DNA of 64,000 nucleotides from Lachnospiraceae bacterium (GTDB taxonomy: Bacteria; Bacillota; Negativicutes; Veillonellales; Dialisteraceae), in the NCBI GenBank assembly GCA_963615055.1, contig CAVEFO010000001.1, forward strand, positions 48,948 to 112,947. The letters are read 5' to 3'. Positions 1 through 10,603 of this stretch are shown here, one piece after another. The notes under the pieces were generated by a model that made no database searches, was not told where the DNA came from, and saw only the letters and a program-made list of their open reading frames with translations. Positions within the stretch are counted from its first letter, which is position 1. Every line of letters begins with the position of its first letter. The position numbers were made by a program, and so were the translations under genes.

Positions 1-15
1 CTTGTGCGTGAATTT

Positions 16-951
16 TTACACTTGCAGAGATTCAATGGTCTGCCGAATCGTTTCCTCATCTTCCGCGTGAAGCGCTGTCTTTGTCTTATCGATTTTCCGC
101 ATGAAACCGGAGAGCACCGTGCCGGGGCCCACTTCGATGAAGGTATCCGTCCCCGCCGCGATCATCGCCTGTACGGATTCTTCCCAATGCACGGCATGCG
201 CCGCCTGCCGGACGAGATTTTCGCGAATGTCAGCCGCTTTCGTTTCCTCTTTCGCATTCACATTGGCGATGACGGGAATGGCGGCGTCGCGGATTTCAAT
301 CTTATCCAAAACTTCTTTCAGGCGTGCCGCTGCCGGCTCCATCAGAGACGAATGGAACGGCGCGCTGACGTTCAAAGGAATGGCGCGCTTCGCACCGGCT
401 TCTTTGAGCGCCTCACACGCCGCGGCGACCGCTTCCGATTTCCCCGCAATCACCGTCTGCCCCGGGCAGTTGAAATTCACGGCCTCGACCGCGCCGATTT
501 TTTCGGAAACCGCTCCGCACACGGCGACGATTTCTTCCGGCGAAAGTCCCATGACGGCCGCCATGCCGCCTTCACCGAGCGGGACGGCTTCCTGCATGAA
601 TTTCCCGCGAAGATGCACCGTATGTACCGCATCGGAGAAATCCATCGCACACGCCGCGACGAGTGCCGTATATTCGCCGAGGCTGTGTCCGGCCGCCACA
701 TCGGGGAAAATCCCGTTTTCCGCCAGCACGCGCGATACGGCGACACCCGCCGTCAGCACCGCCGGTTGCGTGAATTCCGTTTTGACGAGTTCCGTGTCCG
801 GCCCTTCGAACATAAGACGCGAGAGCGAAAATCCCAGCGTCTCATCCGCTTCTTTCAAAAGCGATTTTACGACATCGTATTTCTCGTACAAATCGCGCGT
901 CATGCCGACTTTCTGCGAGCCCTGTCCCGGGAAAATAAATGCTTGTTTCAC
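16..951 (-). CDS. fabD: malonyl-CoA:ACP transacylase
   Basis: 311-aa ORF with the FIFPGQGSQ N-terminus and GHSLGEY active-site motif. Overlaps fabH by 4 nt. Last gene of the fap/fab cluster. Confidence 0.9.
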   Translation of the reverse strand: MKQAFIFPGQGSQKVGMTRDLYEKYDVVKSLLKEADETLGFSLSRLMFEGPDTELVKTEFTQPAVLTAGVAVSRVLAENGIFPDVAAGHSLGEYTALVAACAMDFSDAVHTVHLRGKFMQEAVPLGEGGMAAVMGLSPEEIVAVCGAVSEKIGAVEAVNFNCPGQTVIAGKSEAVAAACEALKEAGAKRAIPLNVSAPFHSSLMEPAAARLKEVLDKIEIRDAAIPVIANVNAKEETKAADIRENLVRQAAHAVHWEESVQAMIAAGTDTFIEVGPGTVLSGFMRKIDKTKTALHAEDEETIRQTIESLQV

Positions 952-1958
952 GCATTTCCTCCTTTTTCATACCAACGAAGCACAACGGAACCCCACGTGA
1001 GCCCGGCACCGAAACCGGTCAGAATGAGATAGTCACCCGAAGACAGCCGCCCTTCAGCGACCGCTTCATCAAGTGCAATCCCGACGGAGGCCGCCGACGT
1101 ATTTCCGTATTTATTCACATTCACAAAGACTTTTTCCGACGGGACGCCGAGCTTTTTCGCCGTGGCGCTGATGATGCGGAAATTCGCCTGATGGGAAATG
1201 AAACAGGCGACGTCATCGATTCCGATGCCCGCTTTTTCCATCGCGACCCGCGTCGTATTTTCCATGTGACGCACGGCGTGCTTGAAAACTTCAGAGCCTT
1301 CCATATGGATGTACACGCGCCCGGAATCAATGGCGCGATGCGTCACGGGCTCTGCGACACCCGACGCCGGAATATTCAAAATACCGCCGAGGCTCCCGTC
1401 CGAGCCGAGCTCCGACGAGAGATACCCGTAGCCTTCGGGAACTTCGCCGATTACGACCGCGCCCGCGCCGTCGCCGAAAAGAATACACGTCGCACGATCT
1501 TCCCAATTCACGAGACGAGAAAGCACTTCGGCGCCGATCAGGAGCACGCGCCGATACAGCCCGCTCCGCACAAATTGAGAAGCCAGCGTCACGCCGTAAA
1601 TGAAACCGGTGCAACCGGCGGAAAAATCCATCGCGCCCGCGTGCGTCATGCCCATTTTATTTTGCACCATGCACGCCGTCGACGGCACGACATAATCGGG
1701 AGACGCCGTCGCCACCATGACAAAATCGATGTCATCGGGCGTAAATCCGCCACGCTCCAGCGCCAATGTCGCCGCCTTCACGCAAAGATCGGATGTGTCT
1801 TCCGTCCGAGCCGCAATGTGACGCGTCTCGATGCCCGTCCGCGTCCGAATCCAATCGTCCGACGTATCGACCATCCGCTCCAAATCTTCATTCGTGAGAA
1901 TCCTCTCCGGCACATAATGCCCGCACGAGAGAATCCCCGCTGCTTTTACTTCCGCCAT
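948..1958 (-). CDS. fabH: 3-oxoacyl-ACP synthase III
   Basis: 336-aa ORF with a KAS III-like N-terminus and the active-site Cys context DFSAGCTGF. Confidence 0.9.
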   Translation of the reverse strand: MAEVKAAGILSCGHYVPERILTNEDLERMVDTSDDWIRTRTGIETRHIAARTEDTSDLCVKAATLALERGGFTPDDIDFVMVATASPDYVVPSTACMVQNKMGMTHAGAMDFSAGCTGFIYGVTLASQFVRSGLYRRVLLIGAEVLSRLVNWEDRATCILFGDGAGAVVIGEVPEGYGYLSSELGSDGSLGGILNIPASGVAEPVTHRAIDSGRVYIHMEGSEVFKHAVRHMENTTRVAMEKAGIGIDDVACFISHQANFRIISATAKKLGVPSEKVFVNVNKYGNTSAASVGIALDEAVAEGRLSSGDYLILTGFGAGLTWGSVVLRWYEKGGNA

Positions 1959-2007
1959 ACTGACTCCTTTTGATGAAATCGATCCGACTGATCAAAATGA
2001 AGGAAAC

Positions 2008-3036
2008 TCATTCGCCTGCCGCCGCTTCTTTTTCTTCGGCAAGGGCTTTGGCGACCGCTTCCGCCACATGCCCTTCCGCAATTTTTTCCGCGACGGAAAT
2101 CGCGTTGCGAATCGCCCACGCTTTGGAAGCGCCGTGGCAGATGACCAATCCGCCGCGCAATCCCAAGAGCGGTGCGCCGCCGTATTCCGCATAATCCACG
2201 CGTTTCTTTACATATTCTTTCAGCGCCGGTTTCAACAGAAGACCGCCCAATTTCGCGCGAAGTCCGCCGCGCTCCACGGCCTCTTTCAAAAGACCAAAGA
2301 ACAAATTTCCCAGCCCTTCGCCGAATTTCAGGCACGCATTTCCCGTGAAACCGTCCGCCACCACGACGTCGAATTCGCCCGTCGGCATATCGCGTCCCTC
2401 GCAGTTTCCCGCGAAATCAAAGCGCGCATCCGCCGACAATTTTTCATACACATCCGTCATGAGCGGACTGCCCTTCGTACTCTCGGCGCCGATATTCAAA
2501 AGCCCAATCTTCGGCGAGGAAATCCCCGCCACAATCTTGGCATACCAATGACCCAAGAGCGCGTTTTGGAGCATATTCTCCGTCTTCGGCTGCGTCGACG
2601 CGCCCGAATCGATCAGAAACGTATAGCCGCCCTTTTGATTGGGAATCGGCGTCAGAATCGCAGGGCGATCAATGCCCGAAATCCGCCCGATACCGAAAAG
2701 ACCCGCCGTCACAGCCGCCCCCGTCGAGCCCGGTGCGACCAAAGCGCCGCAAGTGCCATCCTTCACGAGCCGCGCGCCGACGGACACTGACGCGTCGCGT
2801 TTCTTTCGATACGCCATGCCGGGATGCTCATCCATCCCAATCACCTCAGACGCGTGATGAATGGAAATCAGCGCTTCATTTTCTGCCTTTTCTTCTTGCA
2901 AGACATCCCGAATTTTTTCTTCGTCTCCCACGAGCACGACGGGAATCTTGAAATCGCGGACGGCTAAAATCGCGCCGCGCACAATTTCCAAAGGCGCATA
3001 ATCGCCGCCCATCGCGTCGACCGCTATCGTTTCCAT
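2008..3036 (-). CDS. plsX: phosphate acyltransferase PlsX
   Basis: The ORF track extends to 3156. I place the start at the ATG at 3034-3036 (METIAVDAMGGDYAP), preceded by a GAGGTG Shine-Dalgarno. PlsX-like along the full length. Confidence 0.85.
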   Translation of the reverse strand: METIAVDAMGGDYAPLEIVRGAILAVRDFKIPVVLVGDEEKIRDVLQEEKAENEALISIHHASEVIGMDEHPGMAYRKKRDASVSVGARLVKDGTCGALVAPGSTGAAVTAGLFGIGRISGIDRPAILTPIPNQKGGYTFLIDSGASTQPKTENMLQNALLGHWYAKIVAGISSPKIGLLNIGAESTKGSPLMTDVYEKLSADARFDFAGNCEGRDMPTGEFDVVVADGFTGNACLKFGEGLGNLFFGLLKEAVERGGLRAKLGGLLLKPALKEYVKKRVDYAEYGGAPLLGLRGGLVICHGASKAWAIRNAISVAEKIAEGHVAEAVAKALAEEKEAAAGE

Positions 3037-3040
3037 GCTC

Positions 3041-3553
3041 TCACCTCGCCGTGTCCATAATAAATTTCGCGCGGAAAATTTCCGTATTCTTGGAAGAAAT
3101 CTGCACGTAGATGTATTGCCGAAGGCCTCGCTCGTGCGAGAGACGCGCTTGTGCAATCAAGACTTCGCCCGCACCCACCGGCACTTTGTATTTGATATTG
3201 CCCATCTGAATCGGCGTCACATGTTCGCCGATGACTTTTTGCGCCAGCTTCCGCGCAATCCCGTAGAGCGTCTCGGCCGGCACGATGCCGCGCGCATCCG
3301 TGAGAGGCGTCGTCAGCACGACCGCCATCCCCTGCTTGCCCGCTTCGAGCTCAATAATATTCGCAGCCTCATCACGATGCGGCTTCACCGCGGCTTCCAG
3401 ACGATCCTTTTTCTGCGGAATCCCGAGCGTCCTTCGATCAAGGCGAATCGTCGCGACAGACACGCCGAAAAGTGCCGCCAATTCCCCATCCGTTTTACCG
3501 GGATCCTCGCGCAGCACCTCTCGAATTTTTTCCAGTCTTGTCTCTTTGTCCAT
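3041..3553 (-). CDS. fapR: fatty acid/phospholipid synthesis regulator FapR
   Basis: N-terminal HTH (GELAALFGVSVATIRLDRRTLGI) followed by a hotdog/thioesterase-like C-terminus. Start chosen at MDKETRLEKI, with an AGGAG Shine-Dalgarno. Lies upstream of plsX-fabH-fabD. Confidence 0.8.
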   Translation of the reverse strand: MDKETRLEKIREVLREDPGKTDGELAALFGVSVATIRLDRRTLGIPQKKDRLEAAVKPHRDEAANIIELEAGKQGMAVVLTTPLTDARGIVPAETLYGIARKLAQKVIGEHVTPIQMGNIKYKVPVGAGEVLIAQARLSHERGLRQYIYVQISSKNTEIFRAKFIMDTAR

Positions 3554-3593
3554 CGTATCCGTCGCTCTCCTGTCTTTATCACCTGATGTTAAC

Positions 3594-3622
3594 ACTATAT
3601 CACAAATCCCATTTCCTGTACA
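3594..3622 (-). promoter_or_regulatory. candidate fapR promoter
   Basis: On the minus strand: TGTACA, 17 nt, TATAGT. The 8-bp palindrome TGTTAACA (3587-3594) abuts the -10. The imperfect inverted repeat GTACAC..GTGTAC (3618-3642) overlaps the -35. Either could be an operator. Confidence 0.4.
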
Positions 3623-3849
3623 CCCAATCGCTTGGCGTGTACTTTTATGAGAAACCGTTTTTCAAAAACAGATTCTCATTATGAGAAACAAACGCCAAAA
3701 GTATATACTTGTTCCGATAGTTTTTCCGCAAAAACAAAAAGACGGCTATGCCGCCTGAAATCAACTCTTTTCTTTCTTTCGATTTTTTGCCGAAAAATAA
3801 TTTCTCCCCATTTTGAAACGAATTTGATTTTCTGTTTCACTCATAAACA

Positions 3850-3886
3850 AATCCCGCCATAGCAATTTGCTGCCCGTGGCGGGATT
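3850..3886 (-). terminator. hairpin downstream of the ABC-F gene
   Basis: 9-bp stem AATCCCGCC/GGCGGGATT with a long loop and only a weak U-tract. Confidence 0.4.
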
Positions 3887-3918
3887 CCCTTTGTAAAAAG
3901 TATAGAGAAAACCATTTC

Positions 3919-5799
3919 TCACCATGCGGAGCCGGCTTCCTCCCATTTCTCATACAAAGCGTCCAACTTTTCTTTTTGCGCCGCATACTGCGCGGCCAGC
4001 TCGCCGTACGCTGCCGGATTGGAAGCGGCCGCTGCCATTTGCGCTTCATACATTTTGAGCGTCGCTTCCTCACGCGCAATCTCCATCTCGATTCGCTCGA
4101 GTTTCGCCGCCGCGCTCGCCGAGATTTCTTTGGCCGGCGCTTCCTTTTTCTCCGGCGCCGCTTTTTTTGCCTTCTCCTCGCTCTCTTCGGCGCAATCGGT
4201 TTCATACGCCGAAAGCTCCCGTTTCTTTTCCTTGTAGTCTGTGTAATTCCCCAGATATTCCGTCAACATTCCGTTTTCCATTTCCAAAATGCGACGGACC
4301 GTCTTGTCCAAGAAATAACGGTCATGCGAGACAATGAGGCACGTGCCGCCGAAAGCGCGGACCGCTTCTTCGATCACCTCGCGCGTCGGAATGTCCAAAT
4401 GGTTCGTCGGCTCGTCCAGAATCAAAAAATTCGGCCGCTCCAAGAACACGGTCAAGAGCGAGAGCCGTGCCTTCTCGCCGCCCGATAAAAGCCCGACGGA
4501 CTTAAAAACGTCGTCGCCGCGGAAGAGAAATATCCCGAGAGCGCTTCTTGCCTCGCCCTCGCCCATGCGAAACTGAGTTTGAATTTGCTCCAGCACCGAA
4601 AGCCTCGGATCAAGCCGCTCCTGCTCCTGCGAATAATACGCGATGCGGACATTGTTTCCGAAGGTAATCAATCCGTCGTCCGGACGCTTTTCGCCTAAAA
4701 TCACCTTGAGCAGCGTCGTCTTCCCCGCTCCGTTCGGCCCGATCAGACCGACCGTCTCGCCGCGGCGGATTTGTAATTTCAAATTTTCAAAAATCGTATG
4801 TTCGCCGTATGACGCTTTGGCGCGCAGAATGTCGAGCACGCGCTCCGAACATTCGACAGGCTCCGGAAACCGAAATTGCAAACTTTTTTCATGCACCGGC
4901 GCTGCCATCCGCTCCAGACGATTGAGCTGCGACTGCCGCCCGCGCGCCTGTTTCGATTTGATCCCCGCCTTGTAGCGCCGAATGTATTCCTCCGTCTCGC
5001 GAATGTGCTCCTGCTGCTTTTCGTACGCTTTTTCGTATGCGGCGTCCTGCGCGTCCTTCGTCTGCCGATAGCGCGTGTAATTCCCGCGGAAACTGCGAAG
5101 CGTTTTGTTTTCCAAATCCAAAATGCCCGTCGCAATCGCATCCAAAAAATAACGGTCATGCGAGACCATCAAAATCCCGCCGCGATACGAGCGCAAATAA
5201 TCTTCGAGCCATTCCAGCATTTCCATGTCCAGATGATTCGTCGGCTCGTCCAAGAGCAAAAAATCCGGATGCCGCACGAGCGCCGCCGCCAGATTGATAC
5301 GGACTTTCTGCCCGCCCGAAAACGAATGAATGTCCCGCTCCCAATCACTTTCGGAAAAGCCGAGACCCGTCAGAATTTTTTTCGTCGTCTGCCGGTATTC
5401 GTAGCCGCCCAAAAAATCGAAACGCGCCTCCAGTTTCCCATACGCGCGGACGAGCTCTTCGTCGCCCGGTTTCTCTTCCAGCTCGCCCGCCACCTCGCGC
5501 ATCCGATCCTCACAGCGAAGCAAATCGCGCCACGCCTCTTCCATCTCGCCCGCGATGCTCTTCGTCTTGTAATCGAAATCTTGCCGCAAATACCCGACGA
5601 CGCAGCCGGGATCCAGCGCGACACTCCCTTTATCGTACTCTTCCGTCCCGATGAGACAGCGCAAAAGCGTCGTCTTCCCCGCCCCGTTCGCGCCGCAAAG
5701 ACCGATGCGATCACCGCTTCGGACCGAAAAGGAAATATTTTCAAAAACCGTGTGAATGCCGTATACCTTGGACAGGCCGCTGATTTTCAAAAGTGCCAT
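3919..5799 (-). CDS. ABC-F family ATPase (Uup/YheS-like)
   Basis: 626 aa. Two ABC cassettes (Walker A GANGAGKTTLL and GPNGAGKTTLL; LSGGQ and LSGGE signatures). No transmembrane segments. Charged coiled-coil C-terminus. Confidence 0.85.
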   Translation of the reverse strand: MALLKISGLSKVYGIHTVFENISFSVRSGDRIGLCGANGAGKTTLLRCLIGTEEYDKGSVALDPGCVVGYLRQDFDYKTKSIAGEMEEAWRDLLRCEDRMREVAGELEEKPGDEELVRAYGKLEARFDFLGGYEYRQTTKKILTGLGFSESDWERDIHSFSGGQKVRINLAAALVRHPDFLLLDEPTNHLDMEMLEWLEDYLRSYRGGILMVSHDRYFLDAIATGILDLENKTLRSFRGNYTRYRQTKDAQDAAYEKAYEKQQEHIRETEEYIRRYKAGIKSKQARGRQSQLNRLERMAAPVHEKSLQFRFPEPVECSERVLDILRAKASYGEHTIFENLKLQIRRGETVGLIGPNGAGKTTLLKVILGEKRPDDGLITFGNNVRIAYYSQEQERLDPRLSVLEQIQTQFRMGEGEARSALGIFLFRGDDVFKSVGLLSGGEKARLSLLTVFLERPNFLILDEPTNHLDIPTREVIEEAVRAFGGTCLIVSHDRYFLDKTVRRILEMENGMLTEYLGNYTDYKEKKRELSAYETDCAEESEEKAKKAAPEKKEAPAKEISASAAAKLERIEMEIAREEATLKMYEAQMAAAASNPAAYGELAAQYAAQKEKLDALYEKWEEAGSAW

Positions 5800-5805
5800 A
5801 TATTT

Positions 5806-7077
5806 TTACGGGAGCAATTCCGCTCGAATGATAATAATAATTTCAGATTCTTCCACCGAATGGGATTTACTTTGAAACAATTTACCTAAAATAGGGATAT
5901 CACCTAAAATCGGGACTTTACGAAACGTCTCCGTCGTTTCCTTATCGATCAATCCGCCGATCACAATCTCATCGCCCGATTTCAGCCGCACCATCGTATC
6001 GGCTTGGCGCGTGATGATGCGATAGGCGCGCATCTCCGGGACAAGATACGGCGTGGACACCTCAGCCCGAAGCGTCGCCGTGATTTCATCTTTTTCACTG
6101 ATGAGCGGCGTATAAGTGAGCTTGATCCCGGCATCTTTATACTCCGTCGCCGTCGTGAGCGCACCGTTCTCCAATCGCTCCACAATGACGGGGATGCGGC
6201 TCCCAATCAAAATTTCCGCCTTGCGCCCATTCATCGTGACGACATTCGGTTTTGCCAAAATTTTTGCCTTGCCGCTGGTAATCAGCGCATTGAGTTTCGC
6301 CTGAAAGAAAAATGTATACGGATGACCGGTCACGCTCTTGCCGAAGGAAATGCCCGCATAGCCCTCCGGCGTCGTGATCTTCCAACCGTTGTGCGTGATG
6401 TTTCGGATCTTGGGATCGCCGTCGTCATCATACTTAATATTGCCCGCGCTGTCCGTCACAATCCGCTGCTCGCTCCACGTCTCCCGATCATAGTCCGCGC
6501 TGCCGGTGAGCGACTGAAAATCCCAATCGATTCCGAGTGATTTCGCATCGCTCCGATTCACCGCCAAGACTTCGGCCTCCACTTTCACCTGTTTCTCCGG
6601 TCGATCGACAGCCTCTGCGATACGTGACGCTTCCGCCAAAATCGCCGGCGGCCCGGCCACAATAAGCGTATTCGATCCCGTTTCCGCCGTGACTTTAAGT
6701 TTATCGGATAAATTGTGCAGCTTTTCCGCCACTTCCGGCGCATTGGCATACGAGAGACGAATGGTCTCGAATGTCTGCGTCTTTGTATCTTCTTTGTTGG
6801 CGTACACGATGAGCGTGCCGTTTTCTTCGCGCGATGTGAGCCCGTGCGCCAACATGACCGCCGAGAGCGCCTCTCCTGCCGTGACGCCCGTGAGATCAGC
6901 CGTGACGCTGCCCGTCATATCCCCGGAAAAGACAATATTTTTCCCCGCCATATCGGCAAGCGTCATCAAAACTTCTCGAAGCGGCGCGTCCTTCGTTTTG
7001 AAATTCATGGTCTCCGCAGACGCAAAAAAAGCAAGACAAGACGCCATCGCTCCCGTCAAAAGAGCGATTCGTCCCAT
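5806..7077 (-). CDS. secretin (PilQ/GspD family)
   Basis: Start moved to MGRIALLTGAMASCLAFFASA, which reads as a signal peptide. C-terminal secretin domain carries VPILGDIPILGKLF. Confidence 0.8.
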   Translation of the reverse strand: MGRIALLTGAMASCLAFFASAETMNFKTKDAPLREVLMTLADMAGKNIVFSGDMTGSVTADLTGVTAGEALSAVMLAHGLTSREENGTLIVYANKEDTKTQTFETIRLSYANAPEVAEKLHNLSDKLKVTAETGSNTLIVAGPPAILAEASRIAEAVDRPEKQVKVEAEVLAVNRSDAKSLGIDWDFQSLTGSADYDRETWSEQRIVTDSAGNIKYDDDGDPKIRNITHNGWKITTPEGYAGISFGKSVTGHPYTFFFQAKLNALITSGKAKILAKPNVVTMNGRKAEILIGSRIPVIVERLENGALTTATEYKDAGIKLTYTPLISEKDEITATLRAEVSTPYLVPEMRAYRIITRQADTMVRLKSGDEIVIGGLIDKETTETFRKVPILGDIPILGKLFQSKSHSVEESEIIIIIRAELLP

Positions 7078-7091
7078 CCTGCTTTTTCGTT

Positions 7092-7619
7092 TCACAATGT
7101 CAAAATTTGCGTGCCGAAGGAACCCGTCACATGCACTTCCGTTTCTCTGATTTCCGTCACGGTCCATCCTGCCGTCCCCTCTCCTTCCCGCCAAGTCTGC
7201 GCTACTCCGCCATCTTCCAAAATCGCGCGCCGATCCTCTCCCGCCATCACAATGCCGCAAAGCCGCGGCACGGAGGACACCGACGCTTTCCCCGGTGCGC
7301 CGCTCGCCGAAAGAGACGCCGGAAGTGACACCGCCCGCACGCGAAACGGATCGGCCAAAGCTTTATTTCGTTTGTGACGACCGACCGCATAGCGCGCCGC
7401 CGTTTCCTCCTCCAACTCCGGAATCGCATCCGCTGCCGGGGTTCCCGTTTCCTCCCGCACTTTCATCACGCCGGACGTTTGAGAAACGGAAACGGCAGCC
7501 GACGACTTCTCCGGCAAGAGCTCCGCCGCCGTCCACACGCGTACCATGCCCCAAAGCGAGAGAAGCACCGCCGCCAACAGGACGACGACAAGAAGCCAAG
7601 GATCTTTCTTCGTCTCCAT
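7092..7619 (-). CDS. membrane-anchored protein, PilP/GspC-like
   Basis: Start at METKKDPW with an AGGAGG Shine-Dalgarno. One N-terminal transmembrane helix, a low-complexity linker and a small beta-rich C-terminal domain. Lies directly upstream of the secretin. Confidence 0.4.
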   Translation of the reverse strand: METKKDPWLLVVVLLAAVLLSLWGMVRVWTAAELLPEKSSAAVSVSQTSGVMKVREETGTPAADAIPELEEETAARYAVGRHKRNKALADPFRVRAVSLPASLSASGAPGKASVSSVPRLCGIVMAGEDRRAILEDGGVAQTWREGEGTAGWTVTEIRETEVHVTGSFGTQILTL

Positions 7620-7650
7620 GCCGTCCTCCTTTCCGGAAAAGCGATGATTT

Positions 7651-9021
7651 TTATCGCACTTCGCCACGCCAATCTTCGTGCAAAATTTTCTTATACGCTT
7701 CCACGCCGGGCTGGTCGTACGCATTCACGCCCGCCAAAGCCCCTTCATAGGCAATCGTAAGCTCCAAGAAATAGAAGAGCGCCCCCAGTGTGTATGCATT
7801 CAATTTTTCCGCCTCGATGACAAGACTCATCCGTCCCTCAGAAGCGAGCGCTCTCGCATTGGCCGAAAGCGCCGCGCGCGAAATCCGGCTCATCGGTACG
7901 CGCACCGTCTTTCCGTCTTCGATGATCTCCGCCTCCCAATCGGAATCCGGCTGTTCGACGGAAATGAATTGCAGCAGCTTGTTTCGTTTCCCTTCTTGGT
8001 GCTCCTGCGTCACCGAGTGCATATCCGTGGTTCCGACAGCGGAAACGGCCGTGCGCCCATAATGCACGACACGCCCTTTTGTATCAAATTTCTTTCCGAG
8101 CGATTCGCCCAAGAGCTGCGAATACCATTGTGCCAACGAGCGCAACCGCTCACAGTACGGCATCGTGATTTCCGCCGTGACGCCGTGATGCTTCGTCGCC
8201 AAATATTTCAAAAGCGCCAAGAAAAGCGCCGGATTCTCTTTCGGATTTTCACTTTGACAAGCCGCTTCAACATCTGCGGCTCCCCGCAAAATGTCCGCCA
8301 CCGGAAATCCGCAAAGGTTCGCGAAAACCATGCCGACTTCGGAGAGCACGCTGAAGCGCCCGCCGATGCCTTCCGGCACATAAAAATGCAGCCAATCGTT
8401 TTCATGGCACAAACGATGAAGCAAATTATTTCCTTGCCCCGTGATCCCGATGTAGCGAATCTCGCTCGCAATCTTCGGCAACTCTTTTTGCAAAACGGAC
8501 ATCACGGCCGAAGGCTCAATCGTCGTGCCGGATTTGGAAATCACCAAGACTGCGACTCTATACGCGCCGTCCTTTTTCGCCGCCTCTTCTTTCAGACGTG
8601 ACAACACGGCCGAAAGCGCTTCCGGATCGGCCGTATGCCCCGCAAAGTACACAGATGACCGCTTCGGCGCCATATCTTTCCGATCCAATACGTCAAAAAG
8701 AACCTTGTTTCCCAAATATGAGCCGCCGATCCCAACGGAAACAACGGCGTCGATCTCGCCGCACCAAGTCCGCAACATCTCCCAACGCGCCCGCTCCGAA
8801 TCCGTCAGCAGAGAATTCTCTTCCAACAGATACGGGAGCTGGGGGAACCGGACTAAATCGCCGCAAGGCCCTGCGCCCGTTTCCCGAATGGCCGACAGCG
8901 CCGCGGCTGCTCGGTTTATTTCTGCCGCTGCGTTCTGTACTTCCTTTTCCGTCACAGCCCAAGTCGGCCCGGACAGAAAAGCAGTATCCATCATCAGCCC
9001 CTGTATGATTTGTACTTTCAA
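7651..9021 (-). CDS. pgi: glucose-6-phosphate isomerase
   Basis: 456-aa ORF resembling PGI throughout (SVGIGGSYLG, ISKSGTT). A TTG start at 9021 has a GAGGGGTG Shine-Dalgarno. An ATG at 8994 is the alternative. Confidence 0.85.
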   Translation of the reverse strand: MKVQIIQGLMMDTAFLSGPTWAVTEKEVQNAAAEINRAAAALSAIRETGAGPCGDLVRFPQLPYLLEENSLLTDSERARWEMLRTWCGEIDAVVSVGIGGSYLGNKVLFDVLDRKDMAPKRSSVYFAGHTADPEALSAVLSRLKEEAAKKDGAYRVAVLVISKSGTTIEPSAVMSVLQKELPKIASEIRYIGITGQGNNLLHRLCHENDWLHFYVPEGIGGRFSVLSEVGMVFANLCGFPVADILRGAADVEAACQSENPKENPALFLALLKYLATKHHGVTAEITMPYCERLRSLAQWYSQLLGESLGKKFDTKGRVVHYGRTAVSAVGTTDMHSVTQEHQEGKRNKLLQFISVEQPDSDWEAEIIEDGKTVRVPMSRISRAALSANARALASEGRMSLVIEAEKLNAYTLGALFYFLELTIAYEGALAGVNAYDQPGVEAYKKILHEDWRGEVR

Positions 9022-9031
9022 AATACACCCC

Positions 9032-10603
9032 TCAGAACGTGAAATCCTTCGGTTGAATCATGATGTTCCACTCCTTATCGATCGAGCGATACTGAATCCA
9101 GCCGGTGAAAGAGTGCATATCCCGATAATAGGTGTAATCGCGATGCTTGAGCACACCATTGACCGTATCGATGGAATAATTAACAGAAAACGCATCCCGT
9201 GGCGTCAGCTGCACGCGGAAGCCGGTCGAAACAGGCTTTGTCATGTCATACGTATCAAAAGCGTACGGCGTATATCCGACTTGGTTGTTGTTTGTATAAT
9301 TCACCCATGTACTGAGAATCCCATAATTTCCGGACAATCCCACCGTATAATACGCATTTTTCCGGAAACGATTTTGATAGCCGTAGTAATCATGTCTGTA
9401 TCCGATGCCCATGTTCAAAGTCAGATGCGGACTTAAGCGAATGGGTCTATGCCGCAACCAAACTTCCCACATCTTGTAGCTGCCTTCCGGCCCGTTTTTC
9501 TGTTTCCAGTAACCGACCTCTCCACCGAAACCGGCATACAGCTGCGTATTTTTTATCGGATAACCCCGCGATTGAAATGTCAGCGACGGGCGCTTTTCGA
9601 GCCAAATATGATCGTCATTATCGGTGGACTCCGTCTTTGCGTATTGAAGGCGGAACGTCCCCTGCGACGTCTCATAGCGGAGCCCTACATCCGGAACGAA
9701 TCCTTGTTTCGTATACCAAGCGAGACGTGTGTAGAAATATAAATCGCTTTCCACTCCGCCAATCGGCATTTCAAATGCATTTTTGAACCCAAATCCGTTG
9801 TGACTGTTATACGTCGGTGTCGGAACAAGCGACCAGATGCTGATGCCACCATGCCGGAGAGACCCCGTATAGGAAGCCAGCGTGATGATCCGTGTGTTTT
9901 TTATGAAAAGGGACGGATGGTGCGCGACATATTTATCGCCCGGGTAAATATCGACGGAATCCGCTTCTATCCGATAATCCGGCACACGCGCCACGGCACT
10001 TTTTGTCGTGAAATACGCATTTTCGACTGTCGCGACATTCGTTTTTCGATTGTACGTGCCACCCTTGCCTTGATAATAGTACAGTCCCCGGTACCAACCG
10101 CTCAAGGCGGAAAATGTACTGATTCCGGAAATCCCGTCATACTCGGCACTTTGTGCCTCCGCCGTATTATCGGGATTCGTCCAATACACCGTCTCCGGGA
10201 TCACATAATGCTGCGTTTTGTTGTTTCCGTAAACTTTCTCCGTCCGATAGCGCTCGACCATGTGTGTCATATCCACATTTCCTTCTGCCGAAACGTCGCC
10301 GGACGTCGATTGGTATTTCATCTCATCGGCAGAAATGACCAGCGGATGCTCCGGAGAAATCGAAGGCGTTTCTTTCTTCTTTTTCGCTTTCCTCTTAGTC
10401 TCGGCACGAATGGTTTCCTCTTTCCCCTCGGCGTCGGCATGACTGACCTCAACCGCTGCCACTTCCCCGTCTGCCGTTGCCCGTTGCGATTGCAGAAGCG
10501 TCATCGACTCTTTTTCCCCTGCTTGCCCCATATCCGCCACATACGCATGTCCGCCGAGCAGCAAAGTCATGATGGACGCCGCGAGCCAAATTTTCCGATC
10601 CAT
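9032..10603 (-). CDS. outer-membrane beta-barrel protein with OstA/LptD-like N-domain
   Basis: 523 aa with a signal peptide, an OstA-like N-terminal region, an aromatic-rich barrel and a C-terminal F. Shorter than classical LptD. Confidence 0.5.
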   Translation of the reverse strand: MDRKIWLAASIMTLLLGGHAYVADMGQAGEKESMTLLQSQRATADGEVAAVEVSHADAEGKEETIRAETKRKAKKKKETPSISPEHPLVISADEMKYQSTSGDVSAEGNVDMTHMVERYRTEKVYGNNKTQHYVIPETVYWTNPDNTAEAQSAEYDGISGISTFSALSGWYRGLYYYQGKGGTYNRKTNVATVENAYFTTKSAVARVPDYRIEADSVDIYPGDKYVAHHPSLFIKNTRIITLASYTGSLRHGGISIWSLVPTPTYNSHNGFGFKNAFEMPIGGVESDLYFYTRLAWYTKQGFVPDVGLRYETSQGTFRLQYAKTESTDNDDHIWLEKRPSLTFQSRGYPIKNTQLYAGFGGEVGYWKQKNGPEGSYKMWEVWLRHRPIRLSPHLTLNMGIGYRHDYYGYQNRFRKNAYYTVGLSGNYGILSTWVNYTNNNQVGYTPYAFDTYDMTKPVSTGFRVQLTPRDAFSVNYSIDTVNGVLKHRDYTYYRDMHSFTGWIQYRSIDKEWNIMIQPKDFTF